A stretch of 64,000 nt of DNA from Mobula birostris (taxonomy: Eukaryota), in contig NC_092379.1 in assembly GCF_030028105.1 (NCBI RefSeq), forward strand, positions 21,367,309 to 21,431,308. The letters are read 5' to 3'. This document shows, in pieces, positions 61,000 to 64,000 of the stretch (position 1 is the first letter of the stretch; each line of letters opens with the position of its first letter). Under the pieces are notes generated by a model. The model saw only the letters and a program-made list of their open reading frames with translations, was not told the origin of the DNA and ran no database searches. Position numbers and translations under genes: made by a program.

Positions 61000-61520
61000 C
61001 CTACAACACAGAACAGTACAGCACAGGAACAGGCCCTTCAGCCCATGATGACTGTGACAACCACAACACCAAATTAATCTAAACCGAACTATCAGCACAG
61101 AATCCATATCCCTCCATATCCTGAATGGTCATGTGCTTTTTCAAATGTATCTCAACTGTACTATCATGCTGATTCACCACCACTCGTGCTGGTGCATTCC
61201 AGGCACCTATCACTCTGTGTGTAATAATTACAACCCACAAATCTCCTTTAAATGTTATACCCCTCAGCTTAAATCTTTGTCCTTTTGGAAATGACATTTT
61301 ACCCTGGGAAAATGACTCTAACTCTCAGCCCTGTCGATAACTCTTATGCTTTCATAAGCCTCTATCAGGTTGCCTCTCAGCCGACACTCCAGAGTAAACA
61401 AAGATTGTTCAACAGCTCCTTACAGCTAATATTCTCTAATCCAGGCAACATGCTCATGAACATCTTTTACACCCTCTGCAAAGCCTCCACATCCTTACAA
61501 CGGAGCAACCAGAACTGAGG
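61000..61520 (-). mobile_element. Old CR1 3' fragment
   Basis: GQRFKLRGITFKGDLW...THRVIGAWNA (ORF 61079-61297). Confidence 0.75.
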
Positions 61521-62139
61521 GTTCATGAAGTTTCACCCAGGTTAATGCAGGCATGAAACCTATGCGTTAACTTGGACAAAACGCAATCTGTACTCTCCTC
61601 TTACCCAGTCCCATGAAATTCTCCCAGCAGGGACACTGTCTCATTGATGCTGGAATGTGCTGGATTTGACTCTTGGGCTCTTTCCTGTGAAAACGGGGAC
61701 ATTTTGTACCTCATTAGTAATAGGTGAATATTTTAGCTGCTCAAATACATCCTGGAAAAAAGGGTCATGAGAAGGTTGAAGGGTAAAGCACATGTCCACG
61801 TCACAGAATATAAAAAATACCTGATAGGGTGGAAGAGAAAGGTTGTTCAGTCTTCAGGGGAGTAAAACTGTTGTAAATAATCACTAATCATCCAATTTGG
61901 ATTATTTATCCAGAGGGTTGGGAGAATATGGATCTCTCCCACAGAAGTGAATGTGGGGAAAGGGAACAGAAGGAGAAATTAACCCAGTTGCACAAAGGTG
62001 GAGTGACTGGAAGTTTGTGTGGAAAATAAACAATGACATGAAATAATTGGTCTGAATCTGCTCCTGTGCTGTACATTTCATTTAAGTCTGTGTCATACCA
62101 GAGTCACGGGAGAGAAACAAAATCTGTTGTGTTTCCTTT

Positions 62140-62400
62140 CCTTCACCATGTTCCTCTCCCACTCTCTTTATGTCTTCCTGGGACTTTCACTCTCCTGTTC
62201 CTGCACACTCACTGCATATCCACATCGTTTCTCTCTCATTTCCTCTTTCCCCTTTCTGTCACCCTCTCATCACTTCCTCCCCATTTCATTCTTTCTCACT
62301 GCATGTCTCTTATCCTCTTCCTCCTTCACTCTCTCTGTATGTTCCTCTCTCTTTATTTTCCCTTCACTTTTCTGTCCATCACCCGACCCCAAACTCTTTC
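62140..62400. repeat. CT-rich low-complexity tract
   Basis: Pyrimidine-dominated + strand. Confidence 0.75.
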
Positions 62401-62519
62401 TCAGGAACTGTTGTTTCCCAGCGGTAGCAGTTGGGCCCAGACCGGTCACCTACGGTCAGGTATATCAGATCATCAGACTCAACTAGTTTCTGCCTTCACT
62501 CCCATCAGTATCAGAAGCA

Positions 62520-63400
62520 GGTTTAATATCACTGACATATGCTGTGAAATTTGTTGTGTTGTGGCAGCAGTACAGTGCAACAGATAAAAACCATAAATTA
62601 CAATGAGATACATGTATATATAACACATGCAAATCGAGAGCAAAAATAGGAGGTAGTGTTCATAAGTTGGTTCATTCCCTGTTCAGAAATCTGATGGCAG
62701 AGGGGAAGAAGCTGTTCCTGAAATGTTGAGTGTGTGTCTCCAGGCTCCTGTTCCTCCTCTCTGATGGTAGTAATAAGAGGAGAACATGTCCGGTATGATG
62801 TGGGTCTTTAATGATGGATGTGGCTTTTTGAGGCATTGCCTTTTGAAGATGTCCTCAGTGCTGGGGAAGATGGTGCCTGTGATGGAGCTGGCCGAGTTTG
62901 CAACTCTCTGCAGCTTTTTCTGACCCTGTGCAGTGGCCTGTCTGTACCAGACGGTGAGGCAACCACATCCAATGCTCCATAGTACATCTGTAGAAATTTG
63001 CTGGAGTATTTGGTGAAACACCAAATCATCTCAAACTCCTAATGAAATTTAACCTCTTTCTTTGTCATTTCATCAATAAGTTGGTCCCAGGATAGATCTT
63101 TAGCGATGTTGACAGCCAGGAATCTGAAGCTGCTCACCCTTTCCACTGCTGATCCCTCAATGATACCTGGTGTATGTCACCCCCGGCCCCCCGCCATGTT
63201 CCCTTCCTGAAAGCTACAATCAATTCATTACTCTGACTGGCATTGAGTTCAGGTCATCATTGTCTCACCACTCAACCAGCCAATCTGGCTCACTTCTGTA
63301 CCCCTCCTCATCACCATCTGAGATTCTGCCAACAACAGACAAATGTGAAGATGGCATTTGAGCTGTGCTGAGCCACACAGTCATGGGCGTAGAGAGAGTA
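62520..63400 (-). mobile_element. Rex1/Babar-type LINE 3' fragment
   Basis: LTVWYRQATAQGQKKLQRVANSASSITGTIFPSTEDIFKRQCLKK (ORF 62683-63024). Confidence 0.8.
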
Positions 63401-64000
63401 GAGTGGAGCATGTCCCATATCTCAGTTCAGAATGGGACAGAGGCAGTGGGAGCTGGAATGGGATAGCCAGCTGTGAGTGAGATTTTTATCTAACAGCAGT
63501 AAGACTAGGAAGTTTTAAACAATCTGTAATGAATACAAGCCAATAGTAGGTTGAGTCAGGTACATATGAATATACTCAGGTGTGGCGAGAAACATAAGGA
63601 GGCAAACTGCCCACAGTCATAGAGGTTGTTGTTTAGTGAGCTTGTGTTTCAAGAGAGATCTTGTTTCTGCTGTGTCAGCTGACTGACACAGATTCCATAA
63701 AGGATTAACTAATCCCAGCGGACAGAGAGGGAATGTGATACGTTCACTTTGGATGAGAGACCACTGGCAGGTTTGGGTTCTAATTAATCCTGAGGACATA
63801 TTTAAGTTAAAAGTCTCAATGTAGTGCAGTTAATGGGGAAAACAGGGATACAGAGGGGTAGATATTACACTGCTATGGAGTAGAGATCTAATGAGACCAC
63901 ATCTGGTGCACCGGCTGTGATTCTTAGCATCACCCCTCAGGAAGGATGTGTTTTCCTTGGAGACGGGTTGTGTGGACGAGGCACAGTGAAGTGCTACTGG

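Overview
Eukaryotic, repeat-dense genomic DNA. The shark/ray-type CR1, Rex-Babar, RTE, Penelope and tRNA-SINE repeats, together with IgW/IgNAR-like exons, point to a cartilaginous fish, probably a batoid (inference). I see no intact host protein-coding gene, RNA gene or CRISPR array. The non-transposon content is a decayed immunoglobulin heavy-chain-like locus: two clear C1-set constant pseudo-exons (8666-8966, 10286-10609), one possible further exon (~7250-7560), and five copies of a non-TE ~280-bp segment. That segment has weak V-gene-like features (heptamer/23-bp/nonamer-like signal; octamer and short GT-AG intron in one copy). The copies sit in a cassette present three times, two of them as large inverted arms flanking the constant exons. 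The centre of the window is a nest of LTR elements: a degenerate epsilon-like ERV (gag-pol-env, tRNA-Ser PBS) interrupted by Tx1 and CR1 LINEs, a young CpG-rich Gypsy element with two LTRs and a 4-bp TSD, and the 3' end of a second, env-less ERV. Most repeat boundaries are approximate, and all family assignments come from recalled motifs, not database searches.
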